DNA from: an uncultured Actinomycetota bacterium
GTDB taxonomy: Bacteria > Actinomycetota > Thermoleophilia > Gaiellales > Gaiellaceae
Assembly (NCBI GenBank): GCA_963828105.1
Contig: CAWHDF010000020.1
Span: 17,392 to 81,391 of the forward strand
DNA length: 64,000 nucleotides
Reading direction: 5' to 3'
The position numbers and the translations under genes are program-made. The notes under the pieces are model-generated. The model made no database searches. It saw only the letters and a list, made by a program, of their open reading frames with translations, and was not told the origin of the DNA. Positions 46,783 to 56,023 of this stretch are shown one piece after another (within the stretch, counting starts at the first letter, position 1; every line of letters starts with the position of its first letter).

Positions 46783-47523
46783 ATGTTGACGCGGGAACGC
46801 GTCTACGCCGCCCCCCGCGCGGAGCTCTGGGCGCTCTGGACAACTCCGTCCGGACTCGAGGCATGGTGGGCGCCGAACGGGTTCCGCATCGACGTGCGGG
46901 CGCTCGAGCTCGTCGTGGGCGGCGAGTTGCGCTACGAGCAGACGGCCGTCGACGATGAGCAGGTCGCGTTCCTGCGACGCCTCGGCCTCCCACTCACCGT
47001 GCCCGCGCTCAAGACATACACGGAGGTGGAGGAGCCGACCCGACTCGGCTATCGCTCACGCATCGACTTCGTGCCTGGTCTCGCTCCCTACGAGCAGCTG
47101 ACGGTCGTCGACTTCGAAGTCACACCAGCAGGCACCCGTATCGTCGAGCAGTTCGAACCGTTGCACGACTCAGAGTGGAGCGAGCGGCTCGTGCGCGGGC
47201 GGGAGAACGAGCTCGAGAACCTCGCGCAGCTCGTCGCGGCTCGACGCCGCAACTTGCCGATCAACAAGACCTTCAGCGCACGGCTCTCCAAGAGTCCGAG
47301 CAAGGGCGGCTGGACCTATCTCGTCTGGCCGGACTCCGTCAGGTTCTTCGGCACGCGCGGCCTCGTCAAGGTTGCGGGGACGATCGACGGTCATCCGTTC
47401 GAGAGCGCGTTCATGGCGCTCGGTGACGGAACGCACAAGCTGCCCCTCAAGGCCGAGCTGCGCGGACAGATCGGGAAGGAGGCAGGGGACACGGTAAGCG
47501 TCACGCTTGGGATACGCCGCTAG
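46783..47523 (+). CDS. SRPBCC/AHSA1-like domain fused to a DUF1905 (YdeI-like) domain
   Basis: [26 protein letters not shown] in the first part. [48 protein letters not shown] in the second. Confidence 0.7.
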   Translation: MLTRERVYAAPRAELWALWTTPSGLEAWWAPNGFRIDVRALELVVGGELRYEQTAVDDEQVAFLRRLGLPLTVPALKTYTEVEEPTRLGYRSRIDFVPGLAPYEQLTVVDFEVTPAGTRIVEQFEPLHDSEWSERLVRGRENELENLAQLVAARRRNLPINKTFSARLSKSPSKGGWTYLVWPDSVRFFGTRGLVKVAGTIDGHPFESAFMALGDGTHKLPLKAELRGQIGKEAGDTVSVTLGIRR

Positions 47524-47709
47524 CGCGGCTGCGGCCGCGCGCGAGCAGCGTGGTACGTTCAAGGAGTGCCCGAGCGGAGCTGGTTGGGGAGGGGGCGAGC
47601 GTCTCCTTCGGGACGCCGGGATGGTGGCAGCCGAATCGCGACTGGCGCCGCCCCGGCCGCGCGGCCTTTGCGGCCCTCGAGTCTCTCGGTGCGTCTCGGT
47701 GAGGCAGGC

Positions 47710-48876
47710 ATGCGCGCTCGCCTAGTCCACCTCGTCGCCTGTGTCGCGCTCGGCGTCGTCGCCGCGGTCGCGTCGGGCACCGTTGCGCTGGGCGCGGGGG
47801 CGCCGATGCTTCGACTCGTGGCGAGCGGCCTCAACAACCCGCGCAAACTTGTGATCGGTCCGGGCGGTGTGCTCTACGTCGTCGAGGCGGGGATCGGCGC
47901 GAATACCGCCACCGCGCGCTGCCGGCTCAGCTGCGTCGGCGCGTCGGGCGCGGTTGACGAGATCGCTGGCGGCGCCGTCAGGCGTGTCGTCACCGGGCTC
48001 GGCTCTGTTGCGGCCCCGAACGAGGAGGAGGCGGAAGGGCCGGCCGCGGTGCTTGTCGAGCCCCACGGTTACGACGTCTTGATGCAAGACATGGACATCA
48101 CCGCGAAGGGTGTCAACCGCCTCGGGCTTCCCGATGCAGGCGACCTGATCGCGACGCCGCCGGGCAAGGTGTCGGCGAAGGTGATCGCCAATCTGGCGGC
48201 GTACGAGGCGGCGCACAACCCCGATCACGGGGCGGGCCCCGGTGCAAAGTACGGACAGCCTCCGATCGACAGCGATCCCTACGCGCTCGTCGCCTACCGC
48301 GGAGGCTTCGCCGTCGCGGACGCGGCGGCGAACGACCTGCTCTGGATCAGCCCGACTGGGCGGATCTCGCTGCTCGCGGTGTTTCCCGTGCAGACGGAGC
48401 CGCTCACGGCGGCCGAGCGCCTTGAGCTGCACGCGCCCACACTTCGCTCGCTTCCCGTCCAGTCGGTTCCCAGCTCGGTCGTCGTCGGGCCGGACGGCGC
48501 GCTCTACGTCGGGGAGCTCACAGGCTGGCCGTTCAAGCCGGGCACGGCCCGCATCTGGCGAGTAGTGGCGGGCCAGAAGGCGACGCTCTACGCCGCCGGG
48601 TTCACGAACATTTCCGATCTCGCCTTCGACGGTCCCGACCTGCTCGTGCTCGAGATCACGGCCCGGGGGTTGCTCGATCCAAGTTCTCCCGGGGCGTTGA
48701 TCCGCGTCGCCCCGAACGGGTCGCGGCGGCTGCTCGTCAGCACGGGTCTCCTCGACCCGACGGGCCTCGCGGTCGGGAACGGCTTGATCTATATCGCGAA
48801 TGACGGCACGTTCCCCGGCAGTGGCTCCGGGCCGCACGGGGAAATCGTCAGTATCCCGGCCGCGCTCGGCTCCTGA
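47710..48876 (+). CDS. Secreted beta-propeller protein (ScyD/ScyE-like / NHL-like)
   Basis: Signal peptide. GLNNPRKLVIGPGGVLYVVEAGIG, DGALYVGELTG and GLAVGNGLIYIAND blades. Confidence 0.55.
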   Translation: MRARLVHLVACVALGVVAAVASGTVALGAGAPMLRLVASGLNNPRKLVIGPGGVLYVVEAGIGANTATARCRLSCVGASGAVDEIAGGAVRRVVTGLGSVAAPNEEEAEGPAAVLVEPHGYDVLMQDMDITAKGVNRLGLPDAGDLIATPPGKVSAKVIANLAAYEAAHNPDHGAGPGAKYGQPPIDSDPYALVAYRGGFAVADAAANDLLWISPTGRISLLAVFPVQTEPLTAAERLELHAPTLRSLPVQSVPSSVVVGPDGALYVGELTGWPFKPGTARIWRVVAGQKATLYAAGFTNISDLAFDGPDLLVLEITARGLLDPSSPGALIRVAPNGSRRLLVSTGLLDPTGLAVGNGLIYIANDGTFPGSGSGPHGEIVSIPAALGS

Positions 48877-49006
48877 GCGGCGAGTGGGCGGGGTGGCCTC
48901 AGCCCGTAGTGGGCAAAATTCCGGCTGCTCGACGCGGTGAAGCCCGCCTCTGCGCGCGCGTGCCGTCGACCATTTTTCAGCCGTTTGTTCACCCTCTTGT
49001 AACCGC

Positions 49007-50704
49007 GTGCCGCGCCGATGCTCGCGTAGGCTCGGCCCGGTGGCACTCGTTCCATCGCGGACCCGAGAGGCCGTCGCAGCATTTGGTCTCGTCTGGCGCA
49101 ACCGACACTTGCGCCTCGTTGCCGTGGCGCGGCTCGGCTCGGTCACGGGTCGCTGGGCGACCACGGTCGCGCTCGCCGTTGCCGCCTATAAGGCGGGTGG
49201 CGCCGAGGCTGTCGGCCTCCTCGGGGTCTGCCGGATCCTTCCTGCCGCGCTCGCCGGGCCGTTTGCCGCCGGGGTGCTCGGGCGTGTCCGCAGCGACAGG
49301 CTGCTGCTCTACGCCGGGATCGTTCGGACACTCGCGATCGGCGCAGCCGGCTTTGCGCTGATCGCCGGGACGGGGCTCGTGCCCGTTTTCGTGCTCGTCG
49401 GGCTCGAGTCATTGCTGTCGACGATGGTGCGGCCGCTCCAGACTGCGGCGTTGCCTTTCCTGGCTGAGACGCCGGGGGAGTTGACCGCCGCAAACCTTGC
49501 ACTGACGATGATCGAGAGCTCCGGCATGCTGCTCGGGCCGGTCGTCAGCGGACTGCTCCTCACCGTGTGGAGCTCGGGCGCGGTGCTGCTGGCGACGGCC
49601 GTCGCGTACGCGGTCTCGACACTCCTGATCGCACGCATTCCTTCCTGGGAGTCGGGCTCGAGCCATGCGCGCGTCGGTGACGCGGTCGCCGACATCGTCT
49701 CGGGTGTGCGCACGATTCACGCGGATCCGCGCCTGCGGCTCGTCGTCGGTCTCTACTGCGCTCAGAACCTCGTCGCCGGGTCGCTCAACGTGCTCGTCGT
49801 CGTTTCGGCGCTGCAACTGCTCGACCTGGGCAGCTCCGGCGTCGGTGTGCTCAACGGCGCGATCGGTGCCGGCGGCATCATCGGCGCGCTTGTCGCCGCG
49901 GCGCTCCTCGGGCGCAGGCGGATCGCCTCGGACCTGGGACTCGGGCTCGTCCTCTGCGGCGTGCCGATCATCCTGGTTGCGGCGATCCCCGGCACGGTCG
50001 TGACGCTGCTGCTGCTGGCGGTGCTCGGGACGGGGGTGACGATCGTCGATTTCGCCGCCGTCACACTGCTGCAACGGGCGATCCCCGACGATGTCCTCGC
50101 GCGTGTCTTCAGCCTGTTGCAGAGCGTCTTCGTCGGCACGATCGGCCTGGGCGCGCTGCTCGCCCCGCTGCTCGTCTCCTCGTTCGGCATCCGAGGGGCG
50201 CTCGTCACGAGCGGGGTGGTGCTGCCTCTGCTCGCGGGCCTGCTCTGGCGCCGGCTGGCGAGGCTTGACGCCGGCTACCTCGCGACCGACGAGACCGTCG
50301 AGTTGCTTCGTCGCGTGCCCCTCTTCGCACCCCTCGATCTCGCGACGCTCGAGCGCCTCGCACGCTCGCTCGTCAGCGTCACCGCCACGCCCGGCGAAGT
50401 CGTAATCCGTCAAGGCGACGAAGGAGACCGCTACTACGTGATCGCCCATGGGGAAGTCGCCGTCAGTATCGACGGTCAGCCGATACGCACGCTTGGCCCT
50501 GGAGAGGGCTTCGGTGAGATCGCGCTGCTGCGGAACCTGCCCCGCACCTCGACGGTGACCGCGATTGGCGAAGTGCAGCTCGGCGCGCTCGGGCGCGAGG
50601 CCTTCCTCGATGCGGTCGGCGGCAACCCGACGAGTCAGCGCGCCGCCGACGCGCTGATCGACATGCGGCTTGGCGGCTTCCGCGCCGGGCTCGCGACCGT
50701 CTGA
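49007..50704 (+). CDS. MFS transporter fused to a C-terminal cyclic-nucleotide-binding (CNB) domain
   Basis: About 12 TMs, followed by LLRRVPLFAPLD...GDRYYVIAHGEVAV...GFGEIALLRNLPRTSTVTA. Confidence 0.85.
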   Translation: MPRRCSRRLGPVALVPSRTREAVAAFGLVWRNRHLRLVAVARLGSVTGRWATTVALAVAAYKAGGAEAVGLLGVCRILPAALAGPFAAGVLGRVRSDRLLLYAGIVRTLAIGAAGFALIAGTGLVPVFVLVGLESLLSTMVRPLQTAALPFLAETPGELTAANLALTMIESSGMLLGPVVSGLLLTVWSSGAVLLATAVAYAVSTLLIARIPSWESGSSHARVGDAVADIVSGVRTIHADPRLRLVVGLYCAQNLVAGSLNVLVVVSALQLLDLGSSGVGVLNGAIGAGGIIGALVAAALLGRRRIASDLGLGLVLCGVPIILVAAIPGTVVTLLLLAVLGTGVTIVDFAAVTLLQRAIPDDVLARVFSLLQSVFVGTIGLGALLAPLLVSSFGIRGALVTSGVVLPLLAGLLWRRLARLDAGYLATDETVELLRRVPLFAPLDLATLERLARSLVSVTATPGEVVIRQGDEGDRYYVIAHGEVAVSIDGQPIRTLGPGEGFGEIALLRNLPRTSTVTAIGEVQLGALGREAFLDAVGGNPTSQRAADALIDMRLGGFRAGLATV

Positions 50705-50829
50705 ACGGGCCGCCGGGCATCCCCGGGCGCTCGCGACGACTCCGAAACCCGATGTTCACCAGAACGACTCACGCGCGTGCGGGCCACGGCTCTATGCTTG
50801 CGCCGTTTCCGACCCCTTGAAGGCCGCAG

Positions 50830-51201
50830 ATGTCGACCGACACCTATCAGCAGTACATCACGTTGCTCGCGAACTCGGGTGTGCCCGAGGAGTTCTCGGC
50901 GGGCACGACGATCTTTGCCGAAGGCGAGCCGGGTGACCGCCTCTACATCGTCAAGCGTGGCAGCGTCGCGCTCAGCATCGTGGGGCGCCCGAGCCCGCTG
51001 GAGACGGTCGGCGAGGGTGGCATCTTCGGTGAGATGGCGGTGATCGACCGTGAGCCGCGATCGGCGACAGCGGTCGCGCAGGCCGACACCGAGCTCGTCG
51101 CGATCGACAAGCGCCGCTTCTGGTTTCTCGTGCAGGAGACGCCGTACTTCGCCGAGATCGTGATGCGTGTGATGGCCGACCGCCTCCGCCGCCAGACCTG
51201 A
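50830..51201 (+). CDS. Stand-alone cyclic-nucleotide-binding domain protein
   Basis: GDRLYIVKRGSVAL...GGIFGEMAVIDREPRSATAVA. Confidence 0.85.
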   Translation: MSTDTYQQYITLLANSGVPEEFSAGTTIFAEGEPGDRLYIVKRGSVALSIVGRPSPLETVGEGGIFGEMAVIDREPRSATAVAQADTELVAIDKRRFWFLVQETPYFAEIVMRVMADRLRRQT

Positions 51202-51266
51202 GCTGGCGGTGACTTCATGTTTGCGTCGCTCACGCCAGCGCGGCGCGAACGGGTGAGAGTGGTGTC

Positions 51267-51998
51267 GTGCAGCTGACGGTGATCGGGTGCTCGCCTGCCT
51301 GGCCGAACCCGGGTGGCGCCCAGTCCGGCTACCTCGTCGAGAGCGCCGGTCGCGCGTTGCTGCTCGACTGTGGCCCCGGGGTGCTTGCGCGGTTACGGGA
51401 GGTAAGCGCCTGGCCCGAGCCTGACGCGATCGTTATCTCGCACTTCCACCTCGACCACTGGGGCGACCTCGTGCCCTGGGTGTGGGGGCGACTCTTCTTG
51501 AACGGCCTCAGCCACGACAGGCAGACGCCGGCGCTCTGGGTTCCGCCCGGAGGGAAGGCCCAGCTCGAGCATTTCGGCACCCTGCTCGGCTTTCCGGATA
51601 TGTTCGAGCGAGTGTTCGCGCTCGCAGAGTACGACCCGGGCATGGTGTTCGAGGCAGCCGGTTTTGAACTAACGGCGACGCGCGTTCCCCACTACCGCAT
51701 CGAGGCCTACGCGATGCGGGTCGTGGGCGGCGGTCGCACGCTCGCCTACTCCGCGGACTCGGGGCCGGCAGCCGCCCTGGCGTCAGTTGCACGGGATGCT
51801 GACCTCTTCCTCTGCGAAGCGACCCTCCGCTCGGGCGAGCTCGACGGGGAGCCGCGCGGACACCTCTCGATCGACGAGGCGACAGCGGCGTTCGTCGCGT
51901 CGGGGGCAAGGACGCTGCTACTCACGCACCGGCCTGCTGAGCTCGAACGCCCGGAGGGGTTCCGGTACGCGCATGACGGGCTCACACTCACGGTCTGA
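51267..51998 (+). CDS. MBL-fold metallo-hydrolase (RNase Z/PhnP-like; possible phosphodiesterase)
   Basis: VIGCSPAWPNPGG..GYLV, LLLDCGPG, and HFHLDHWGD (HxHxDH). Confidence 0.8.
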   Translation: MQLTVIGCSPAWPNPGGAQSGYLVESAGRALLLDCGPGVLARLREVSAWPEPDAIVISHFHLDHWGDLVPWVWGRLFLNGLSHDRQTPALWVPPGGKAQLEHFGTLLGFPDMFERVFALAEYDPGMVFEAAGFELTATRVPHYRIEAYAMRVVGGGRTLAYSADSGPAAALASVARDADLFLCEATLRSGELDGEPRGHLSIDEATAAFVASGARTLLLTHRPAELERPEGFRYAHDGLTLTV

Positions 51999-52016
51999 GG
52001 GGGGTATGCTCGGCGC

Positions 52017-52466
52017 GTGGCACACGCCCCGGTCACGCTGATCGAGCGGATTCCGCTTTTCGCGGGACTTGACCGGCGTGAACTGAAGGAGGTTGCGGAG
52101 TCGCTCAAGGACAGATTTTTCGCGGCCGGCACGACGATCGTCCAGGAGGGCACGAGTGGCCTGGGGTTCTTCGTGATCGAGGCTGGCAAGGCCAGCGTCA
52201 ATGTCGGCGGCCACGAGGTGCGTACGCTCGGACCAGGTGACCATTTCGGGGAGATCGCTCTGATCGCGGAGACCCCGAGGACCGCGACGATCACGGCGCT
52301 GAGCGACGTGGAGTGCTACGGGATGACGGTCTGGGAGTTTCGCGCGGTCGTCGAGTCGAACGCCTCGATTGCCTGGAAGCTTCTTCAGTCGCTCGCCCGT
52401 GCTCTCGGTGATGCCGAGCATCGGCATCGCGAGCGCCTGCACGGCACGCAGACCGAAGCGCTCTAG
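52017..52466 (+). CDS. Stand-alone cyclic-nucleotide-binding domain protein
   Basis: IPLFAGLDRRELKEVA...GLGFFVIEAGKASV...GDHFGEIALIAETPRTATITA. Confidence 0.85.
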   Translation: MAHAPVTLIERIPLFAGLDRRELKEVAESLKDRFFAAGTTIVQEGTSGLGFFVIEAGKASVNVGGHEVRTLGPGDHFGEIALIAETPRTATITALSDVECYGMTVWEFRAVVESNASIAWKLLQSLARALGDAEHRHRERLHGTQTEAL

Positions 52467-52533
52467 CAGCCTGGCGATCATCTGGGCGCGGCGACCTCGC
52501 CGCGTCGGGCTGGACGGCAGTCCCGAGCTCGTG

Positions 52534-53628
52534 TCAGAGGGCGTAGGGGTAGCGTGAGCGTCTGGCCCCGAGGCGCTTGCTGATGCCGCGCGCGAGCCAA
52601 CCAACCGCCCGCACGCCTCGGCGTAGGCCGATGAGTCGTGTCGGTCGTTCGTACTCCTCGACACCCTGTGTCAGCCAGGCGAGATGCCGTACGAGAATCG
52701 CGTAGGCAGTGCTTCCATCGTCGAGTGGGTATTGCGTCGGGATGCTCGCGGAGGCACGGGGCGGCGGGTTGAGTGGGAGTGCTGCGAGCACGAGCCATTC
52801 GCCGCACCCCGGCCGGCCGAGGCGGGCGAGACGTGCGGGGGAGAGGAGAGGTTGTAGGAGCGCGAGTTTGCGCAGCCGCCGCTGCACACGGGGCTCGGAG
52901 AGGCGAATCAGCGCGTCGCTGCGGCTGCGCAGGAGCGGCAGCAACTCGGCCGCCGCTCCTGAGAGGTCGGAACGCTCGAGCGGCGCGAACAGGCCGAGCT
53001 CGAACGCCGGTGGGGTCGGTGTCATGTAGTCCGCGCCGTAGCGGCACTCGCGCAGAAACGAGTGGACGGGTGAGGGGGCTGGGAACGGTTCTCCGCGGAG
53101 GTGAACGGTCTCGAGTTGCTCGACGTACCGCGGCGGCAGGAGGCTTTTTTCTTGAACGCCGGCCCAGTTGCCGACCTCGGCGAGCTCGCAGACGAGCGTC
53201 TCGTTCTCGCGTGTCCAGAGATAAATGTCGACGAAGATCCGGTTCGTTGGGCTGTAGAGGAGCCGCAGGAACGTGCCTCGCTCCTCCAGGAGATGGCCCG
53301 CCTGCTCGAGCTGCGGTCTCAGCGCCAGCACGGCACCGGCGTCCTCCGCATGGATGCCGAGGTCGACGTCCTCGTCCCAGGGGATCAACTCACCGTCCCG
53401 CACAGCGCCGAGCAGCGTGCCGTAGTCGAGCCAGTGAGGAATCCCGTGCTCATCCATGGCCTGGTGGAGCACCTGCAGCAGCTCCATCAGGTGGTCAGTG
53501 CAGCACTGTGGACGCAGCCCGCCGTACTCCCAGTCGTCGCGCCTGCAGCGTTCGCTCGTCGCGGTGCATGCCGCTTGCTGCGTCGGCCGGGCATTGCTGC
53601 TACGCACCAGCGTGCCGCGGCCGATCAC
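52534..53628 (-). CDS. LicD-family phospho(no)transferase with an uncharacterised ~150-aa C-terminal extension
   Basis: HWLDYGTLLGAVRDGELIPWDEDVDLGI (LicD motif). GTG 53628 overlaps the upstream stop (GTGA). The ORF is open to 53829. Confidence 0.75.
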   Translation of the reverse strand: MIGRGTLVRSSNARPTQQAACTATSERCRRDDWEYGGLRPQCCTDHLMELLQVLHQAMDEHGIPHWLDYGTLLGAVRDGELIPWDEDVDLGIHAEDAGAVLALRPQLEQAGHLLEERGTFLRLLYSPTNRIFVDIYLWTRENETLVCELAEVGNWAGVQEKSLLPPRYVEQLETVHLRGEPFPAPSPVHSFLRECRYGADYMTPTPPAFELGLFAPLERSDLSGAAAELLPLLRSRSDALIRLSEPRVQRRLRKLALLQPLLSPARLARLGRPGCGEWLVLAALPLNPPPRASASIPTQYPLDDGSTAYAILVRHLAWLTQGVEEYERPTRLIGLRRGVRAVGWLARGISKRLGARRSRYPYAL

Positions 53629-54065
53629 GCGCTCGCGCCCCCACGCGTTTCGTCGCTTGCGCACTCGACCCGGACACGCTCGAGGATTGTCGACGTCGAG
53701 ATGCCGTCGGTGTAAGGGATGAGGCGCAGGATCCCGAGTGCGCTGACAAGCGGATACCAACGCTGCTGCAAGTCGGTGCCGAAGTCGTCGCCGTGCGCCA
53801 CGATGTCGATGCGATGGCGCTCGAGCCACTCCGCGTCGATGATCAGCGGTGCGTTCGGGACCGCCTCGTCGACGTAGCGGCAGGCGGTGACGACACAGAG
53901 GCGTTCGTCCATCGTCATCACCGGACGACGTTTGTAGGTCATCACGTCCGCGTCAGCATGGATGCCGACGATCAATGTGTCTCCGAGCGCGCGGGCCTGT
54001 CGAAGGAACTGCACATGCCCGCAGTGGAAGAGGTCGGCGACCATATCGACGTAGACACGCGTCAT
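53625..54065 (-). CDS. TagD/ECT-like cytidylyltransferase (HxGH nucleotidyltransferase)
   Basis: VYVDMVADLFHCGHVQFLRQARALGDTLIVGIH, RYVDEAVP, and GISTSTILERV (RTxGISTT-like). Confidence 0.85.
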   Translation of the reverse strand: MTRVYVDMVADLFHCGHVQFLRQARALGDTLIVGIHADADVMTYKRRPVMTMDERLCVVTACRYVDEAVPNAPLIIDAEWLERHRIDIVAHGDDFGTDLQQRWYPLVSALGILRLIPYTDGISTSTILERVRVECASDETRGGASA

Positions 54066-55084
54066 CTCAACGCCTCGAAGAGCTCCCCGATCGTTGTCTC
54101 ATCGATCGCGGCACCCATGTTCGCAACCCGGAAGATTTCCGTCCGTAAGGATTTCTGCCCGTGGTAGATCACGTATCCGTGTTCGAGCGCTCGCGCGGCC
54201 AGCTCGTCCGGATCGCGACCGCCGAGGCGAAACGACGTGAGGACGTGCGAACGCGCCTCCACGGGAAGATAGAGCTCGAAGTCGCGGCCACCGACGTCCC
54301 AAAGCTCGTGCGCGAGCCGCGCGTAGCGGGCCGGGCGGTCCTCGGCGGCGAGCAGGTCGAGCGCGATATCGAGGGCGACGAAGGCCTGCACGTTTGGCGT
54401 TGACGGGAGCGCGTCGACATAGGCGGCGAGGTCGAGCACCGGGGTCGTGCGCTGTGGGCGGAGTGCTGCGTTCCAGAACACGCCCGCAATCCCGGGCAGC
54501 GACTCGAGGCATTTGTTGCTGTTGAAGCAGATGACGTCGGCGCGCGGATCGAGCTCGTGCGCGCCGAAGGAGCTGACTGCATCGACGATCACACGCGCGC
54601 CGAACGCGTGCGCGAGTTCGACGACGGCGCCGAGCGGGTTGAGAAGCCCGGTCGTCGTCTCGTGTTGGACAACCGCCACCCAGTCGGGCCGGGTCGCTTC
54701 GATCGCGCGCTCGAGTTCGGCGAGCTCCGGCGGGCGGCCGAGCCCGGCCGCGTGCTCGACCGTGCTCGCCCCGGCGATCGTCGCGAGCGTCGCGACGAAA
54801 CGGTCACAGTAGAGCCCGTTCGAGATGACGAGCACCTGCCCGCGTACGAGTGAGGTCAGCGCCGCGTCGACGGCGAGCGAACCCGAGCCGTGAAGCAAGC
54901 TCAGCCGGTGGCTTGCGGACGAGAGCCCTGCAGCCTCGTAGAGGCGGACTTGGACGGACTCGTACAGGGCGGCAAACTCGGGTTGCCGGTGGCAGAGCTC
55001 GATGTTGAACAGATTGTCCTTGATCGCGTCGTCGAGGTTGACGGGACCCGGGTTGAGTAGTACCTGGTTGCGCACAGCGAGCAT
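54062..55084 (-). CDS. Class V aminotransferase, 2-aminoethylphosphonate:pyruvate transaminase-like
   Basis: LLNPGPVNL N-terminus and FNSNKCLESLPG PLP-Lys region. ATG 55084 overlaps the upstream stop (TGATG). Confidence 0.75.
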   Translation of the reverse strand: MLAVRNQVLLNPGPVNLDDAIKDNLFNIELCHRQPEFAALYESVQVRLYEAAGLSSASHRLSLLHGSGSLAVDAALTSLVRGQVLVISNGLYCDRFVATLATIAGASTVEHAAGLGRPPELAELERAIEATRPDWVAVVQHETTTGLLNPLGAVVELAHAFGARVIVDAVSSFGAHELDPRADVICFNSNKCLESLPGIAGVFWNAALRPQRTTPVLDLAAYVDALPSTPNVQAFVALDIALDLLAAEDRPARYARLAHELWDVGGRDFELYLPVEARSHVLTSFRLGGRDPDELAARALEHGYVIYHGQKSLRTEIFRVANMGAAIDETTIGELFEALR

Positions 55085-55638
55085 CAGCCCCCGCCCACCT
55101 CCCGCCAGCGGGCGGCGGGGTCGGTGGCGTCCGCTACGCGGCGCCGTGTCAGGGCTGCACGCATTCGTTCGCTGTTGTCGGGCGGTGCGATGCCGACGCG
55201 AGGAGGCTTGCCCCCGCGGGCGACCTTCAGGATCGCGGTTACACCCGGATAGCCGGGCTCGAGCGCCGCGCACAGCTGTCCGCCGACCGATTCGTGGCAG
55301 CCGTTGTCGAGTACGTAGTGAAAGAAGTTGGCCGGAGCGTAGTCGCGCGCAGTGTGCGTCGTGCCGAGCGCCATCAGGAGCGACGCGTCGCCGTTGAGCA
55401 CGACGACGTCAGCGTCGGTCGAGAGCGCGATTCCGAGCCCTATCGCAGGCGCCAGGCCCATGCTCCCCTGCATGTAGAGCACCGCGGCGGCAGGATCGGC
55501 GACTGCAAACACCGCGCGCGCGAGGTAGCCGGTCGAGGCGACGTAGAACGCGTCGATGCCGTGGCGTTCGAAGACGCCGCGAATCGCTTCTTCGCGGTCC
55601 AGCGTCGCCTCAGTCGGCATTGTTGTCACCGTTGACAA
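55084..55638 (-). CDS. Phosphonopyruvate (or sulfopyruvate) decarboxylase beta subunit, ThDP-binding C-terminal half
   Basis: GSMGLAPAIGLGIAL...VVVLNGDASLLMALG...HYVLDNGCHESVGGQ. TTG 55638 or ATG 55620 start; both overlap the alpha-subunit gene. Confidence 0.8.
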   Translation of the reverse strand: MSTVTTMPTEATLDREEAIRGVFERHGIDAFYVASTGYLARAVFAVADPAAAVLYMQGSMGLAPAIGLGIALSTDADVVVLNGDASLLMALGTTHTARDYAPANFFHYVLDNGCHESVGGQLCAALEPGYPGVTAILKVARGGKPPRVGIAPPDNSERMRAALTRRRVADATDPAARWREVGGG

Positions 55639-56023
55639 TCAGGTAGTTCGTCCAGCCGATGAGCGTCAACAGCTGCTCGTCGACCTCACCCATGACCTTG
55701 TGCTGCGGTAGCGAATGGCGATGACCGACGACCAGCAGAACGTCGATTCCGTAGGGGATGCAGAGCGAGGTCAGCGGGTTGATCGTATGGCCGAGGCCTG
55801 CGTTTTGAAGGTAGACGCATGCCTTTCGGCCCGCCAGCGAAGCGCCGGCGGCGATGCCGACTGCCTCGGCCTCCCAGGTGGCGCGCACGTGCATCCCATC
55901 GCCGAGCTCCGAGAGGTCGCTGATGAACTGCTTCAGGCCGCTGTCGGGGACGCCGCTGAAGAAGGTGTAGCCGTCGTCGAGTAGGCGCTCGAGGAGTCCA
56001 CTATCGGACGTAACGTGCTTCAT
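55610..56023 (-). CDS. Phosphonopyruvate (or sulfopyruvate) decarboxylase alpha subunit, ThDP pyrimidine-binding half
   Basis: FFSGVPDSGLKQF, YLQNAGLGHTINPLTSL, LPQH. AAGGAGA RBS lies inside the upstream gene. Confidence 0.8.
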   Translation of the reverse strand: MKHVTSDSGLLERLLDDGYTFFSGVPDSGLKQFISDLSELGDGMHVRATWEAEAVGIAAGASLAGRKACVYLQNAGLGHTINPLTSLCIPYGIDVLLVVGHRHSLPQHKVMGEVDEQLLTLIGWTNYLIVNGDNNAD

